From Bacillota bacterium (GTDB lineage: Bacteria > Bacillota > Clostridia > Acetivibrionales > DUMC01), in assembly GCA_013314855.1 (NCBI GenBank), contig JABUEW010000003.1, positions 1 to 63,122 on the forward strand: DNA of 63,122 nucleotides, given 5' to 3'. This document shows positions 1 through 10,316 of this stretch, piece by piece. Numbering within the stretch: the stretch's first letter is position 1; the number at the start of each line of letters is the position of its first letter. The notes beneath the pieces are model-generated. The model worked only from the letters and a program-made list of their open reading frames with translations. It made no database searches and was not told the origin of the DNA. Both the position numbers and the translations under genes were made by a program.

Positions 1-127
1 GGTTATAGTGTTATCCGATGACTTAAACGTATGGTTAAATTTATGTAATATTATTATATAATTGGATAAAATTACTAACGCAGCCACTATTAATGGATAA
101 GAATAAAATTTTCATGCTTCAGCTCTG
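1..127. repeat. Copy A of a ~100-120 nt AT-rich dispersed repeat (cut by the window edge)
   Basis: nt ~20-127 align by eye with 43793-43897 with few mismatches. The last ~45 nt also match 12835-12879 (shared ...aataaaattttcatgcttcagctctg). Confidence 0.6.
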
Positions 128-144
128 CTTGCACCCCAGAAGAA

Positions 145-173
145 TTGACAAGGTTTTGTAGCTGTGTTATAAT
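145..173 (+). promoter_or_regulatory. SigA-type promoter with extended -10
   Basis: TTGACA (145-150), 17-nt spacer, TGtTATAAT (165-173). It lies ~120 nt upstream of the response-regulator start. Confidence 0.55.
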
Positions 174-186
174 CGAGTAGCCAGAA

Positions 187-200
187 TTAAAACGTTTACA
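187..200 (-). promoter_or_regulatory. cre-like / LacI-type operator
   Basis: The reverse complement reads TGTAAACGTTTTAA, 13 of 14 positions of the cre consensus TGWAANCGNTNWCA as I recall it. It sits just downstream of the predicted -10. Confidence 0.4.
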
Positions 201-295
201 ATACAAATGCCCATGAGTATGGAATGCTGAAGTCGATTAGATTAGACCTTGTATTAGCATGAAGCAAGTGATTTATACAAGCGGGGGTCTGAATT

Positions 296-1822
296 ATGTA
301 TGATTTGATGATTGTCGATGACCATAAATGGACGCGCGAAGGGTTGACCAGGAACATTCCCTGGAAAAAGAAAGGCATCAGGGTGAAATACGTCGTGAGT
401 AACGGGAAACAGGCATTGGCGGCAATGAATGAGCACCCTGTTGATATTATAATTACAGACATTAAAATGGACATTATGGACGGGCTTGAGCTTACAAAAC
501 ATGTGAAAAGCAAATGGCCAAGCACCAAAATAATCATGATAAGCGCGTACCCTGACTTTTCATATGCACAGGAAGCAGTCAATATGGGAGTGTCCGCATA
601 TATCCTGAAACCTATTAAAGAGGAGGAACTTATAGAAAAAATATCCAGGGTTATCGAAACGATTGAAAGCGAAAGGTTGAATATAAGCAAGGCACTTGAA
701 TTTGATAGGTTTAATGTTTCAGACCTCCTGAAAGAATATATTACAGGCAGTAGGCCAAATGATGCGAATATATTGGATAAACTGTGCAAAAAGGGTATTG
801 ACCTTTTAAAAGGCAAATCAATTGTTTTTACTGTTAAAGTTCTAAGGAAACACGATTTACAAAAGAAAGTCTACCAGGATATATTTAACATGGGCAAGAA
901 TTTTGCTTCATTTATTCATGGTAGTTTAACTATTGGCGTTTATACGCATGCCGGAGAAATGTCCCAATATGATTTTAATAAGTATCTTTTAAGATTAAAA
1001 GATGAGTTTAAAGGCTTGGACCTGCGAATATGCACGGGTTCAATGGCAAAAAAGCCAGAGGAGTTGAGAAAATCTTATCAAGATTCTCTAAAAGTTTATA
1101 ATTATGCTTTTTTATGCAATTTAAAAGGGATAATTTCTTATGATAAGGTTAAAGATAAGATAAGCAGGCATGAAAACGGTGTATTTTTTGATTTTAATGA
1201 AGTAAGAAATATAATAAACAGTTACGGGGAAATAGACATTGCCCGGTATATCGATAGCATATTAGAAATGCATAAACGTTCAAATACGGATAGGTACTTG
1301 ATTGAGAGCCAGTGTGTAAGTATGCTGGTTGAAATATCAAGATACGTGTCCGAAAGAGGTATATTGCCAGAAAGTATATTTGAAAAATGTGGGCCTATTT
1401 CCAGTATGAAAGACATGGAATTTCTTGAAGACATAAGTAACTATATAAAAAATGTTCTATATTCCGTTATACATGAAGTGAAAAAAAGGAATACCAAAAA
1501 AATACGCCCAATAGTAAAAAGGGCTATTGATTATGCCTGCAAGAATATTGACATGAAAGACATTACCATTAAAAGCATTGCAGAAAAAATTGGCGTGAGC
1601 TATGTTTACCTGAGCAAGGCTTTCAAGCAGGATGTGGGGGTAAATTTCACCGAATATTTAAACAGGTACAGGGTAGGGATTTCCAAGAAGTATCTCGTGG
1701 AAACTGATATGAAAATATATGAGATAAGTGATATTGTAGGCTTGGAACCAAAAAATTACTACATCTTGTTCAAGAAATACGAAAGTATCACACCAATGGA
1801 ATATCGCAAAATGTATGGATAA
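296..1822 (+). CDS. Response regulator, CheY receiver + AraC-type HTH (YesN-like)
   Basis: N-terminus MYDLMIVDDH...DIIITDIKMDIMDGLEL is a receiver domain. The C-terminus has an AraC HTH (IAEKIGVSYVYLSKAFK...ITPMEYRK). Its end overlaps the kinase gene start. Confidence 0.9.
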   Translation: MYDLMIVDDHKWTREGLTRNIPWKKKGIRVKYVVSNGKQALAAMNEHPVDIIITDIKMDIMDGLELTKHVKSKWPSTKIIMISAYPDFSYAQEAVNMGVSAYILKPIKEEELIEKISRVIETIESERLNISKALEFDRFNVSDLLKEYITGSRPNDANILDKLCKKGIDLLKGKSIVFTVKVLRKHDLQKKVYQDIFNMGKNFASFIHGSLTIGVYTHAGEMSQYDFNKYLLRLKDEFKGLDLRICTGSMAKKPEELRKSYQDSLKVYNYAFLCNLKGIISYDKVKDKISRHENGVFFDFNEVRNIINSYGEIDIARYIDSILEMHKRSNTDRYLIESQCVSMLVEISRYVSERGILPESIFEKCGPISSMKDMEFLEDISNYIKNVLYSVIHEVKKRNTKKIRPIVKRAIDYACKNIDMKDITIKSIAEKIGVSYVYLSKAFKQDVGVNFTEYLNRYRVGISKKYLVETDMKIYEISDIVGLEPKNYYILFKKYESITPMEYRKMYG

Positions 1823-3575
1823 ATTAAAAACGGGAATGGTGAAAATGCATCTGTCGATAAAATATAAGATATTCTTGATATTTTTTTCCATTTTTCTATT
1901 ATTTGCCCTTTGTGTCATGTACTTTGTGCAGAGCATCATGACAGGAGAACTTGAGGAAAAAATGACGGAACTGAACATGCAGAATACCGAGCTTGTTATC
2001 AAGGATATAGATAATTACCTTGAACAGATGAGGAGTGTCTATTACAATATTTTGACCGACAAGGAACTATGGATTGAAATTGAGGCTATAGATGAAAAAC
2101 AGAAATATAATAGGTATAATTACACATTAAACAAGTTAAGGACCCTTACCAGCAGTTATAAAAGTATATATTCCATTTACCTGTATGACATAAATGATAA
2201 TGTTTTTATAAGCAGTGATCAGGGAATAGAAATCTTATTATGTGATGATTGGATTGGGGAAGCCCAAAAAGATAATGGAAGAATAAAACTAACATATATT
2301 CGGGATAATAACCAGCCAATAAATACCTTGATGGCATACACAGGGACAATGAAGAAGGATTTATTTGAAAAAGATATTGCGTACGTATCGGTAAATGCTC
2401 TTGGTGAATACATGAAACAGATGGTATACCCGGAAAATTTAAGTGAAAATACGTTGCAGTTTGTCCTGGATCATCAAGACAACGTGGTTTTTGGGGATGA
2501 TATTGACGACTTTAATTTTATTATTGGCAATATTACGGGCAAAATAGGAAGTTTTGAAAATACATATAATGGAATTGAATACCTGCTGATATACGGTGTT
2601 TCCCAGGATAATAACTGGAAATATATACAAATGCTTCCTAAAAAAGAAGTGTTTTCACCAGTCATAAAGGTAAGAAATGTTGTATATATTATATTCGTGG
2701 TATTTATCCTTATAGGCATGATATGTTCATACCTGACTGCCAAGCTTTTCTCGGGGCCGATTAATAAACTTGTGAAAATAATGGAGGAATACAGGAAGAA
2801 CGAAGGTGACTTACAGGTTGTCAAAGCGCAAAGAGGAGATGAATTCAGGTACCTCTATGAAAGTTTCAACAATATGGTGTACAGGGTTGACCGCCTTATA
2901 GATGAAGTATACAAAGCGAATCTTTATAAAAAGGAACTGGAACTGCGCAACATCCATGAGAGCATCAATCCGCATTTTATCTACAACGTCCTGGATTCAA
3001 TTATCTGGATAATGAGATTGAAAAAGTATAAAAAAGGCATAACCCTGCTTGAAACCTTTTCAACATACTTGAGAAATATCCTTCACAGGAACAGGGAGTT
3101 TGTGTCTATAAGAGAAACAGAACAAGAGCTTATTACGTATTGTGAGCTCCAAAAGTTTTTTTTCAATGATATAATAAATTATGAAATAAATTTCAGTGAA
3201 GAAATAAAGGATTATGCAATTATGACGCTTCTTCTTCAACCAGTCATAGAGAACATATATATCCATGCGTTTAAGAACCTTAAAAAGCCAGGGGAAATTA
3301 AAATCATGGGAAGCCTTGAAGGGGAGAAGATAGTATTCCGGATAAAGGACAACGGCATTGGAATGTCCCGGGATAAGATAATGAAAATCAAGAAGAACAT
3401 GAAGGAATTCAAAATAGAGGAAGACAGCCGTTATTTCGGCCTTGGAAGCGTATACCAAAGGATCAGGCTTGTATACGGGGAAGAATGTGGTGTTGATATA
3501 TCAAGCGAACCGGGAAAGGGAACGCTGGTTACAATAGTTATTCCTGCAAAAGAAAAAATTGATAGGGGAATATAG
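1815..3575 (+). CDS. Sensor histidine kinase, YesM/LytS-type (His_kinase + HATPase_c)
   Basis: Two TM segments flank an extracellular domain, followed by a HAMP-like region, the NPHFIYNVLDSI H-box and the ATPase motifs DNGIGM...GLGSVYQR. Start could be a later in-frame Met. Confidence 0.9.
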   Translation: MDKLKTGMVKMHLSIKYKIFLIFFSIFLLFALCVMYFVQSIMTGELEEKMTELNMQNTELVIKDIDNYLEQMRSVYYNILTDKELWIEIEAIDEKQKYNRYNYTLNKLRTLTSSYKSIYSIYLYDINDNVFISSDQGIEILLCDDWIGEAQKDNGRIKLTYIRDNNQPINTLMAYTGTMKKDLFEKDIAYVSVNALGEYMKQMVYPENLSENTLQFVLDHQDNVVFGDDIDDFNFIIGNITGKIGSFENTYNGIEYLLIYGVSQDNNWKYIQMLPKKEVFSPVIKVRNVVYIIFVVFILIGMICSYLTAKLFSGPINKLVKIMEEYRKNEGDLQVVKAQRGDEFRYLYESFNNMVYRVDRLIDEVYKANLYKKELELRNIHESINPHFIYNVLDSIIWIMRLKKYKKGITLLETFSTYLRNILHRNREFVSIRETEQELITYCELQKFFFNDIINYEINFSEEIKDYAIMTLLLQPVIENIYIHAFKNLKKPGEIKIMGSLEGEKIVFRIKDNGIGMSRDKIMKIKKNMKEFKIEEDSRYFGLGSVYQRIRLVYGEECGVDISSEPGKGTLVTIVIPAKEKIDRGI

Positions 3576-3685
3576 AATTTGGTTTAATATTATGACTAAA
3601 TGTTTAATTTGTAGATTTTTTTTTAGAAACTTCTCTGGTAGTATTATAAATGTACCGTAATTAAGCAAAGTTTTTATTTTTTCCT

Positions 3686-4645
3686 GTGGGAGGAATTCGC
3701 TTGGAATTACCGGTTAAGAGAAGTTTCCATTTTGAAGATAAAATAAAAAACCCTATCCTGAAGAAAATATACAAGCAAAGGCACCTGTTTTTAATGCTAA
3801 TAATTCCTTTATGTATATATATTCTATTCGATTATGTGCCTTTAACAAAAATATACTGGGCTTTTACCAATTACGGCGAGGTACGTTTAGATAAGGTTGA
3901 ATTTATAGGGCTTGCCAATTTCAAGAGACTTTTCGGCACGCAGTCCTTTTTACGGGCGTTAAAGAATACGGTCATTATAAGCTTATACAAGATTTTATAT
4001 GGCTTTCCAATACCGATCATAATTGCGATACTTTTAAATGAGATAAGAAATAAGGCATATAAAAGGACAGTACAGACGATTATATATTTCCCGCATTTTC
4101 TTTCCTGGGTGGTAATTGGAAGCATATTTTACATGCTCCTTGCGCCACAAAACAGCATAAACGCCCAAATAGCATATCTTCTTGGCAAAGAGCCGATATA
4201 CTGGTTCGCAAGCAGGAAATATATACGCAGCCTGCTTGTTGTTTCTGATATCTGGCAGGGAGCGGGGTATGGAGCAATTGTTTATTTAGCAGCAATATCA
4301 GGAATAGATATTAATTTATATGAAGCAGCAATTGTCGACGGCGCGAGCAAGTTCAGGCAAATATGGCATATAACGCTCCCCAGCATACGTTCAACAATCG
4401 TTATCATGCTGATATTCAGGCTTGGGAGAATACTAAACGTGTTCCAGCAAGTTCTTGTTATGGTAAAACCGATAGTGTATGAGATGGGGGATGTAATACA
4501 GACATATGCCTACCGGACGGGTATAAGCGAAATGAAAATAGGGTACGGGATGACCGTGAGTATTTTCAAGGCTGTTGTCAGCCTGGTTCTCGTGCTTGTT
4601 GCAAACAAGACGGCTAAATACTTTGATGAAGAAGCGATATTTTGA
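3686..4645 (+). CDS. CUT1-family sugar ABC permease (LplB/YteP-like)
   Basis: Multi-TM protein with the EAA-loop-like motif YEAAIVDGASKFRQIWHITLP. Paralogous to 21161-22108 and 35159-36100. GTG start from the ORF track. Confidence 0.85.
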   Translation: MGGIRLELPVKRSFHFEDKIKNPILKKIYKQRHLFLMLIIPLCIYILFDYVPLTKIYWAFTNYGEVRLDKVEFIGLANFKRLFGTQSFLRALKNTVIISLYKILYGFPIPIIIAILLNEIRNKAYKRTVQTIIYFPHFLSWVVIGSIFYMLLAPQNSINAQIAYLLGKEPIYWFASRKYIRSLLVVSDIWQGAGYGAIVYLAAISGIDINLYEAAIVDGASKFRQIWHITLPSIRSTIVIMLIFRLGRILNVFQQVLVMVKPIVYEMGDVIQTYAYRTGISEMKIGYGMTVSIFKAVVSLVLVLVANKTAKYFDEEAIF

Positions 4646-4667
4646 GGTTGAGGAAGGTGGCAGTGCT

Positions 4668-5534
4668 TTGAATAACAAAATTATAAAAACCAGTACCGGT
4701 GAGAAAATATTCGTGATATATTCATATGTTTCAATGGGCTTATATGCTCTTTCGGTTCTTACACCATTGCTGTACATTCTACAGTTAACTCTTTCGGGAA
4801 TTGAGGACGCATCTTTTCGCCTGCTGCCGAAAAACTTTACAGTAAACAATTATATTTATGTTTTTAAAAACAAACTCATACAGAGGCCATTTATGAATTC
4901 GGTCTACCTTACTAGTGTAAGTGTTCTTATATCAATGCTCACCACGGTAATGTTTGCCTACCCTTTGTCGAGGAAAGAACTGGTAGCAAGGAAATTTTTG
5001 AATTTCCTGGTGGTGTTTCCAATGGTATTCAGTATCGGTTACCTTGCCAGGTATCTTGTCGTGAGGGATTTGGGACTGCTTAATACGTATTCTGCCGTAA
5101 TACTTACCGGTGCAATCAGTTCTTTCAATCTTATTATAATGAGAAACTTCTTCCAGTCAATACCTGATTCGTTGATAGAAAGCGCAAGAATTGATGGCTG
5201 TTCTGAGGTAGGGATCTTGGCCAGAATAGTAATACCGCTGTCGACTGCCGCGGTCGCCTCAGTTACCTTGTTCTACCTGGTGGACATATGGAATGAGTAT
5301 TTTAATATTATACTATATATTAATGACCGGAAGAAACATACGCTGCAGGTTATACTGCACTCTCTCGTCATGGATGACAGCGCCACATCTTCTGCGACAG
5401 TGCTGGAGGGCATGCCCCTTCTGAATTTGCAGTATACAACAATCATAATTGCCATTATCCCGATAATGCTGGTATACCCTTATTTACAGAAATATTTTAC
5501 AAAAGGCATACTGCTTGGGTCAATTAAGGGATAG
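4668..5534 (+). CDS. CUT1-family sugar ABC permease (LplC/YtcP-like)
   Basis: C-terminus YPYLQKYFTKGILLGSIKG is shared with the paralogues at 22124 and 36132. I placed the start at TTG 4668, after the RBS aggaaggtgg, because that N-terminus aligns with the paralogues. ATG 4626 is an alternative. Confidence 0.8.
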   Translation: MNNKIIKTSTGEKIFVIYSYVSMGLYALSVLTPLLYILQLTLSGIEDASFRLLPKNFTVNNYIYVFKNKLIQRPFMNSVYLTSVSVLISMLTTVMFAYPLSRKELVARKFLNFLVVFPMVFSIGYLARYLVVRDLGLLNTYSAVILTGAISSFNLIIMRNFFQSIPDSLIESARIDGCSEVGILARIVIPLSTAAVASVTLFYLVDIWNEYFNIILYINDRKKHTLQVILHSLVMDDSATSSATVLEGMPLLNLQYTTIIIAIIPIMLVYPYLQKYFTKGILLGSIKG

Positions 5535-5622
5535 GGATTAGTATTATACGGGATACGGTGATTTTACTGTAGGTATAATATTTATTAAAATACAAAAAAA
5601 ATAAAAATGGAGGAGATGTTTT

Positions 5623-7140
5623 ATGAGAAAAATGAAATTTATATGCCTTGTAATGGTGGTGGCAATTGCGTTGACAATGTTAACCGGATGCGTGAAATCC
5701 AAGGATACCGGAAGTACTGCATCCACGCAAAAAGAAACGCAAGAGCCAACCAACGAACCTGTGAAGCTCGACAAAATCACGTTTGCAACATGGGTCTTCT
5801 ATACGATACCTGAGGTTGCAGAAGTATTGGAGAAACTATTCAAGGAAGACACAGGCGTTGAACTGGAAATTGTACACTTTGCAAAGGATAATTGGGAAGA
5901 CAAGTTAAACGCCTTGTTCTTGTCAGGGGATATAGCGGATGTAGTAAGGCTTCCGGATAACATCTATACTTATGTTAAGCAGGATTTTATTGTCCCGCTG
6001 GATGACTACATAAAGCAAAATCCTGAATTCAAAAAAATGGTCGAGGCAAATCCTGCTATTGTCGAAAATTTCACAATAGATGGGAAGATTTATGCCGTTG
6101 GTTCAAAGAACGAATGTTATTTCGCGCTGTGGTTCAGGGATGACCTTTTGAGGGATTTGAACCTTTCCATGCCTAAAACCCTGGATGACTTTGTGGATAT
6201 ATTAAGGGTATTCAAGAAAACTGATATAAACAGAAATGGAAAAACAGATGATACAATTCCTTTAACAACATCTTCCTATATCATAAGGTGGGATATTATC
6301 TCCTCCTGTTTCGGAGTCAAGAATGGGGTCTACTTGAAGGACGGAAAATATGTTGATTCCACTCTTACGCCAGAATACAGGGAATTTATGGATTTTGTAA
6401 AAATGCTTTACAAGGATGAACTTATTGACAGAGAAGTTCCAACAAAAGGCTTGGGAGATGCTAGGACCACCTTCTTCACAGGAGGAGCGGGCTCGATATT
6501 CATGTGGGATGATATTTATGATACCTTGAAAAAGGGCTTAAACAGCAATGGGTATGAAAACTGTGAACCTGTGCCTGCCCCGCCGTTCGAGGGCCCTCAC
6601 GCTACAGGAGGATTGTATTATGAAGGGGCATCAACTCCGAGAGGAATTACGAAACAATGCAAGTATCCTGCTGAAACCTTTACGACATTTTTCAACTGGT
6701 ACTACCTGCATGAAAATGGCATAATTTCAACATCGAGAGGTGTACCAGGGTATTCCTACAAGGTAGTGGACGGAGTCATGGTACCGGATAACGACAAGGG
6801 AGGAGTTGGCAACAGGGGACAGGGATTCCCTCCAGTTAACCCTTTCTTTGAGTACCCGTTCAAGTTTGACCCCATTACTCAGGGAGAATATGACAGCATA
6901 AAACTGATATCAAAATGGGGAAAGGAACATGCTGACGATATTAAGACAATCCGTCCCAGCATGGAGATGGTCGATTATTATGCAATTAAAGACGATTATG
7001 TAAGCAAACTGGAAGAGCTATTCTACAGGTATGTAGTAGGTGAGATTGATTACGACTATTTCGTGAATGATTATAAGAATTACAAGAAGGAAATCGACCT
7101 TGACGGAATAATTGAAAACATGAATAAAAAACTAAAATAG
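5623..7140 (+). CDS. Extracellular solute-binding lipoprotein (LplA-like)
   Basis: Signal peptide with lipobox LTGC. Large SBP architecture, paralogous in organisation to 19348-21024 and 33315-34853. Confidence 0.9.
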   Translation: MRKMKFICLVMVVAIALTMLTGCVKSKDTGSTASTQKETQEPTNEPVKLDKITFATWVFYTIPEVAEVLEKLFKEDTGVELEIVHFAKDNWEDKLNALFLSGDIADVVRLPDNIYTYVKQDFIVPLDDYIKQNPEFKKMVEANPAIVENFTIDGKIYAVGSKNECYFALWFRDDLLRDLNLSMPKTLDDFVDILRVFKKTDINRNGKTDDTIPLTTSSYIIRWDIISSCFGVKNGVYLKDGKYVDSTLTPEYREFMDFVKMLYKDELIDREVPTKGLGDARTTFFTGGAGSIFMWDDIYDTLKKGLNSNGYENCEPVPAPPFEGPHATGGLYYEGASTPRGITKQCKYPAETFTTFFNWYYLHENGIISTSRGVPGYSYKVVDGVMVPDNDKGGVGNRGQGFPPVNPFFEYPFKFDPITQGEYDSIKLISKWGKEHADDIKTIRPSMEMVDYYAIKDDYVSKLEELFYRYVVGEIDYDYFVNDYKNYKKEIDLDGIIENMNKKLK

Positions 7141-7166
7141 TAAGTAACTGAAATTTTGTTGAAGAG

Positions 7167-7200
7167 GTAATGACACGGTTGCTCGCATCCGTGTCATTAC
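7167..7200 (+). terminator. Stem-loop after the SBP gene
   Basis: gtaatgacacgg / ccgtgtcattac is a perfect 12-bp inverted repeat with a ~10-nt loop. There is no clean T-run afterwards, so it may be an mRNA-stabilising or partial terminator. Confidence 0.4.
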
Positions 7201-7226
7201 TATTAAAAATGCGGGAGAAGATAAAG

Positions 7227-8030
7227 ATGAATGGGATTAAGAGAATTATGACTTTTAATATAAGGTACAAGAATGAAATAGATGGTGAAAATGGCTGGGA
7301 ATACAGGAAAGACAAAGTTGTAAGCATGCTGGATCTTTACGATGCGGATATAGCAGGTCTGCAGGAAGCAACCATAGAAATGATTAATTATATTGATAGT
7401 AATCTCCGGGATTGTTACAGTTGGTTGGGGGTCGGGAGGAATGACGGTAAAAAAGAAGGCGAATTCTGCCCCGTCTTTTACAGGAAAGGAAAGTATGAAC
7501 CGGTTTCCCATGAAACTTACTGGCTTTCAAGTGCCATGGATTGCCCCGGGAGCAAAGGATGGGACGCGGTATGTCCAAGAATAGTGACCTGTGTCCTTTT
7601 TAAGGATTTGGGAACCGGCAGGAAGTTTGATTTTATAAATACCCATTTTGATTATAAAAATGAAGCCAATAAGAATAGCGCTCATCTCTTGAAAAAGATA
7701 ATAAAAGAAAGGGATTGTGGAGTTCCTCTTGTAATAACGGGAGATTTCAACTGCACCAATGAAAGCTATACATACAGGTATTTGACACAATCAGGCCAGA
7801 GCGAACGCAGATTATTTGATGCCCAGGCAATATCAGGGAGACCGCATCACGGGCCTTCATATACTATAAACATGTTTAATAGCGAGCAAAAAAAAGAGAA
7901 AATCGATTTTATTTTTGTTAGCAGTAATGTCAAGGTAGTGCGCCATGCCGTGCTGGCAGACCATTGGGATGGATATTATCCGTCCGATCATTTGCCCGTA
8001 CTTGCTGATATTTCTTGGCCAACTATCTAA
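7227..8030 (+). CDS. Endonuclease/exonuclease/phosphatase (EEP) family protein
   Basis: IMTFNIRY..., LQE, ...ITGDFN..., and C-terminal SDHLPV are typical EEP motifs. The start is moved to ATG 7227 (RBS gggagaag) because the ORF-track start lies inside the upstream hairpin. Confidence 0.8.
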   Translation: MNGIKRIMTFNIRYKNEIDGENGWEYRKDKVVSMLDLYDADIAGLQEATIEMINYIDSNLRDCYSWLGVGRNDGKKEGEFCPVFYRKGKYEPVSHETYWLSSAMDCPGSKGWDAVCPRIVTCVLFKDLGTGRKFDFINTHFDYKNEANKNSAHLLKKIIKERDCGVPLVITGDFNCTNESYTYRYLTQSGQSERRLFDAQAISGRPHHGPSYTINMFNSEQKKEKIDFIFVSSNVKVVRHAVLADHWDGYYPSDHLPVLADISWPTI

Positions 8031-8054
8031 ATGTGTAAAGGGGGATAATGTGGT

Positions 8055-8921
8055 ATGGATATGTTTTTTTTGGGCACTGGGGCAGCTGAAGCGATCCCAG
8101 CAGTTTACTGCAGGTGCAATTACTGTGTCAAGGCACGGAAAAACGGAGGAAAGGATGTAAGGTCCCGTTCGTCATTCAGAATCGATGAACGTCATCAAAT
8201 AGATCTCAGCCCTGATATTTATTTTCAGATGCAAAAATACGGGCTCGATTTATACGACCTTGAACATATTTTAATCACGCACAGCCATGAGGACCATTTC
8301 GATATTGCAGAGATTTTATCAAAAGAAATGGCTGTAATTAACAACGGCAAACCTGTTTATATTTACCTCAGCACAAGTGCGGCCAAATGGGCCAAAACAC
8401 TAATCAATACATATCTGGGAAATAAGAATGAGAATGAAATAAATAAAATCTATAATAAATATAGGCTTGTTCCTGTCGATTATTTTGAAATGTTCAAAGC
8501 GGGAGATCTGGAAGTTACATCTTTAAAGGCAAACCATAAGGCATTGGGGGAAAATGAATATGGATTGAATTATATTATTAAACTTAAAAATGGAAAAACG
8601 ATGCTTTATGGCGTGGACACAGGGTACTACGAACAAGATACATGGGAATTCCTCGAAGGAAAGAAAGTGGATATTCTTGTAATGGAAGCTACATTTGGAG
8701 GAAGATACCGGGGTTTTCAGGTTAGCGGCCATCTTGATGTTAAAAACCTGATTTCTGTCTTGGAAAGGATGGAGCAAATTGGCTTTATTGAACAATCTAC
8801 TAATATTTATGCAACGCATATCAATCACAAGCATGATTTAATGCATGACGACATGCAGAAAGTATTTGATAGCAGCAGTTTCAGGGTAACTGTAGCTTAT
8901 GACGGCTTGCGCATTCCATGA
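8055..8921 (+). CDS. MBL-fold metallo-hydrolase, PhnP-like phosphodiesterase subgroup
   Basis: GTG...CRCNYC cysteine cluster near the N-terminus, then the HSHEDH (HxHxDH) motif. RBS agggggat. Confidence 0.75.
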   Translation: MDMFFLGTGAAEAIPAVYCRCNYCVKARKNGGKDVRSRSSFRIDERHQIDLSPDIYFQMQKYGLDLYDLEHILITHSHEDHFDIAEILSKEMAVINNGKPVYIYLSTSAAKWAKTLINTYLGNKNENEINKIYNKYRLVPVDYFEMFKAGDLEVTSLKANHKALGENEYGLNYIIKLKNGKTMLYGVDTGYYEQDTWEFLEGKKVDILVMEATFGGRYRGFQVSGHLDVKNLISVLERMEQIGFIEQSTNIYATHINHKHDLMHDDMQKVFDSSSFRVTVAYDGLRIP

Positions 8922-9477
8922 TAGGGATTCCCCAACCTCTTAATTCTTTACTGTAATGTTTTATTTCAGCTTTATGAAGATTTCCATCTATGACTAGCAA
9001 TGCTCATAAACTTGCAGAAGACAAGTTCCCGTTTTCGATGAGTTCAATAATAAGAGATAAGATACAATAATGGGAGGGAGATTCGTGAGAGGTAAGGTTA
9101 AGATATGACCTATACCCGATTTGATGGACATAGAGAAAAGCTGGCATCCTAAGTTTAACAGCAAAAATCGCAAAAAATGCCTGAGACCATTGAACAGCAA
9201 TGGTTTAAGCTATAGCGTCAAAATAGAGTTGTTTTTAAAGATATTGATATCGATGAGTTTCCGATACTATCAGGGTCAAAATCATCAAAAAGAACTGCAT
9301 TAATGCAACTATTCAGGGGTAAAAATTCTTATGAATGCAGAGGAAGAGTCAGCAGGGTTATACAGAAGAAAAAGAGTACAAGAAAATTGGCGCGACAAAG
9401 CATAACCTGATATAAAGTCTACAGGCTTTAAAAAAATCTATTTTAGGATTGCCGCAAAAAGTACGGGGATGTTTAGA

Positions 9478-10045
9478 TTATCCGTTGTCGATAGTGTCCT
9501 GAAAATCAAATTTGGGAGGGGTTCCATTGAAAATATCGTAAATCGTCGTATAAATATTGGCGTCTTGCTTTTTCATCGTTGAGATAAGACTGGCAATTTT
9601 CGCGTAATTTTTGGCGCCTTCCTCGGAGCGGAAACAACCGGCAACCTTCAACTTGCCTTTGAGGAAACGGATGTCGCGCTCGGAACCGTTGTTGTCAAAG
9701 GGCACATCAAAATTTGTAAGGAAGCGCAAGTGCTCTTGCTTGTATTCCTCAAACCGGGTTAAGAGGAGACGCTCGTCGTTGAAATACGAGATATGCTTCT
9801 TGTTTTCCGTCGCAGCCATGTATTGTGCCTTTCCGGCATCAAGGATTTCATCGTAGCGGGTGGAGATGCGGCTTAGTTCATTTTCATCAATGGAATTTAA
9901 GTCCATGGCCAGGTATTGCTTTTTCAGTTTGTTTGCATCCCGGAAAAATTCTGCCAGCTCTATTGCCCAAGGATGTTTAATGATTTCTATGACGGCCTGC
10001 AGATAACGAATATGGAGAACTCCCCATATTGCCAGACTCAACATT
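9478..10045 (-). pseudogene. IS66-family-like transposase, C-terminal fragment only
   Basis: FDNNGSERDIRFLKGKLKVAGCFRSEEGAKNYAKIASLISTMKKQ resembles the conserved C-terminal block of IS66-type transposases. No DDE N-terminal portion is present. Visibly more G+C-rich than the flanking DNA. Confidence 0.55.
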
Positions 10046-10055
10046 TTAGCGAAAA

Positions 10056-10310
10056 TGGGGAGCTCCCCATTTGAGGCATGCAAAGGCCTCCCACTGGTTG
10101 GAAGACGGCATGAATATCGTACAGATTTCATTTCTATTAGGACATGAACAGTTACAGACAACAATGGTATATCTTGACATTACTATAGAGCAGGAATTAA
10201 AAGCCCTTGCAACACTTGAAGATGAGAACGACAAAAAGGTATCAAAGAAATGGAAAAATGTAAAAGGTAGACTGGCAGAATTCTGTGGTGTTAAGTCAAT
10301 GAAAAAGTAA
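10056..10310 (+). pseudogene. Tyrosine recombinase, C-terminal fragment
   Basis: PHLRHAKASHWLEDGMNIVQISFLLGHEQLQTTMVYLDIT carries the HxxR, His and catalytic Tyr boxes only. The frame is closed by an upstream stop, and the fragment abuts the IS66 fragment at the palindrome ggggagctcccc. Confidence 0.7.
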
Positions 10311-10316
10311 AGAAAA

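Noticed and set aside
5607-5813. 68-aa ORF overlapping the start of the SBP gene.
   Set aside because: It is out of frame with a strongly supported lipoprotein gene, and the RBS serves the ATG at 5623.
8922-9477. Several 60-68-aa ORFs (8994-9200 minus strand, 9121-9303 plus strand) in the gap before the IS66 fragment.
   Set aside because: No RBS, no recognisable motifs, and they overlap each other. The region is probably non-coding element debris.
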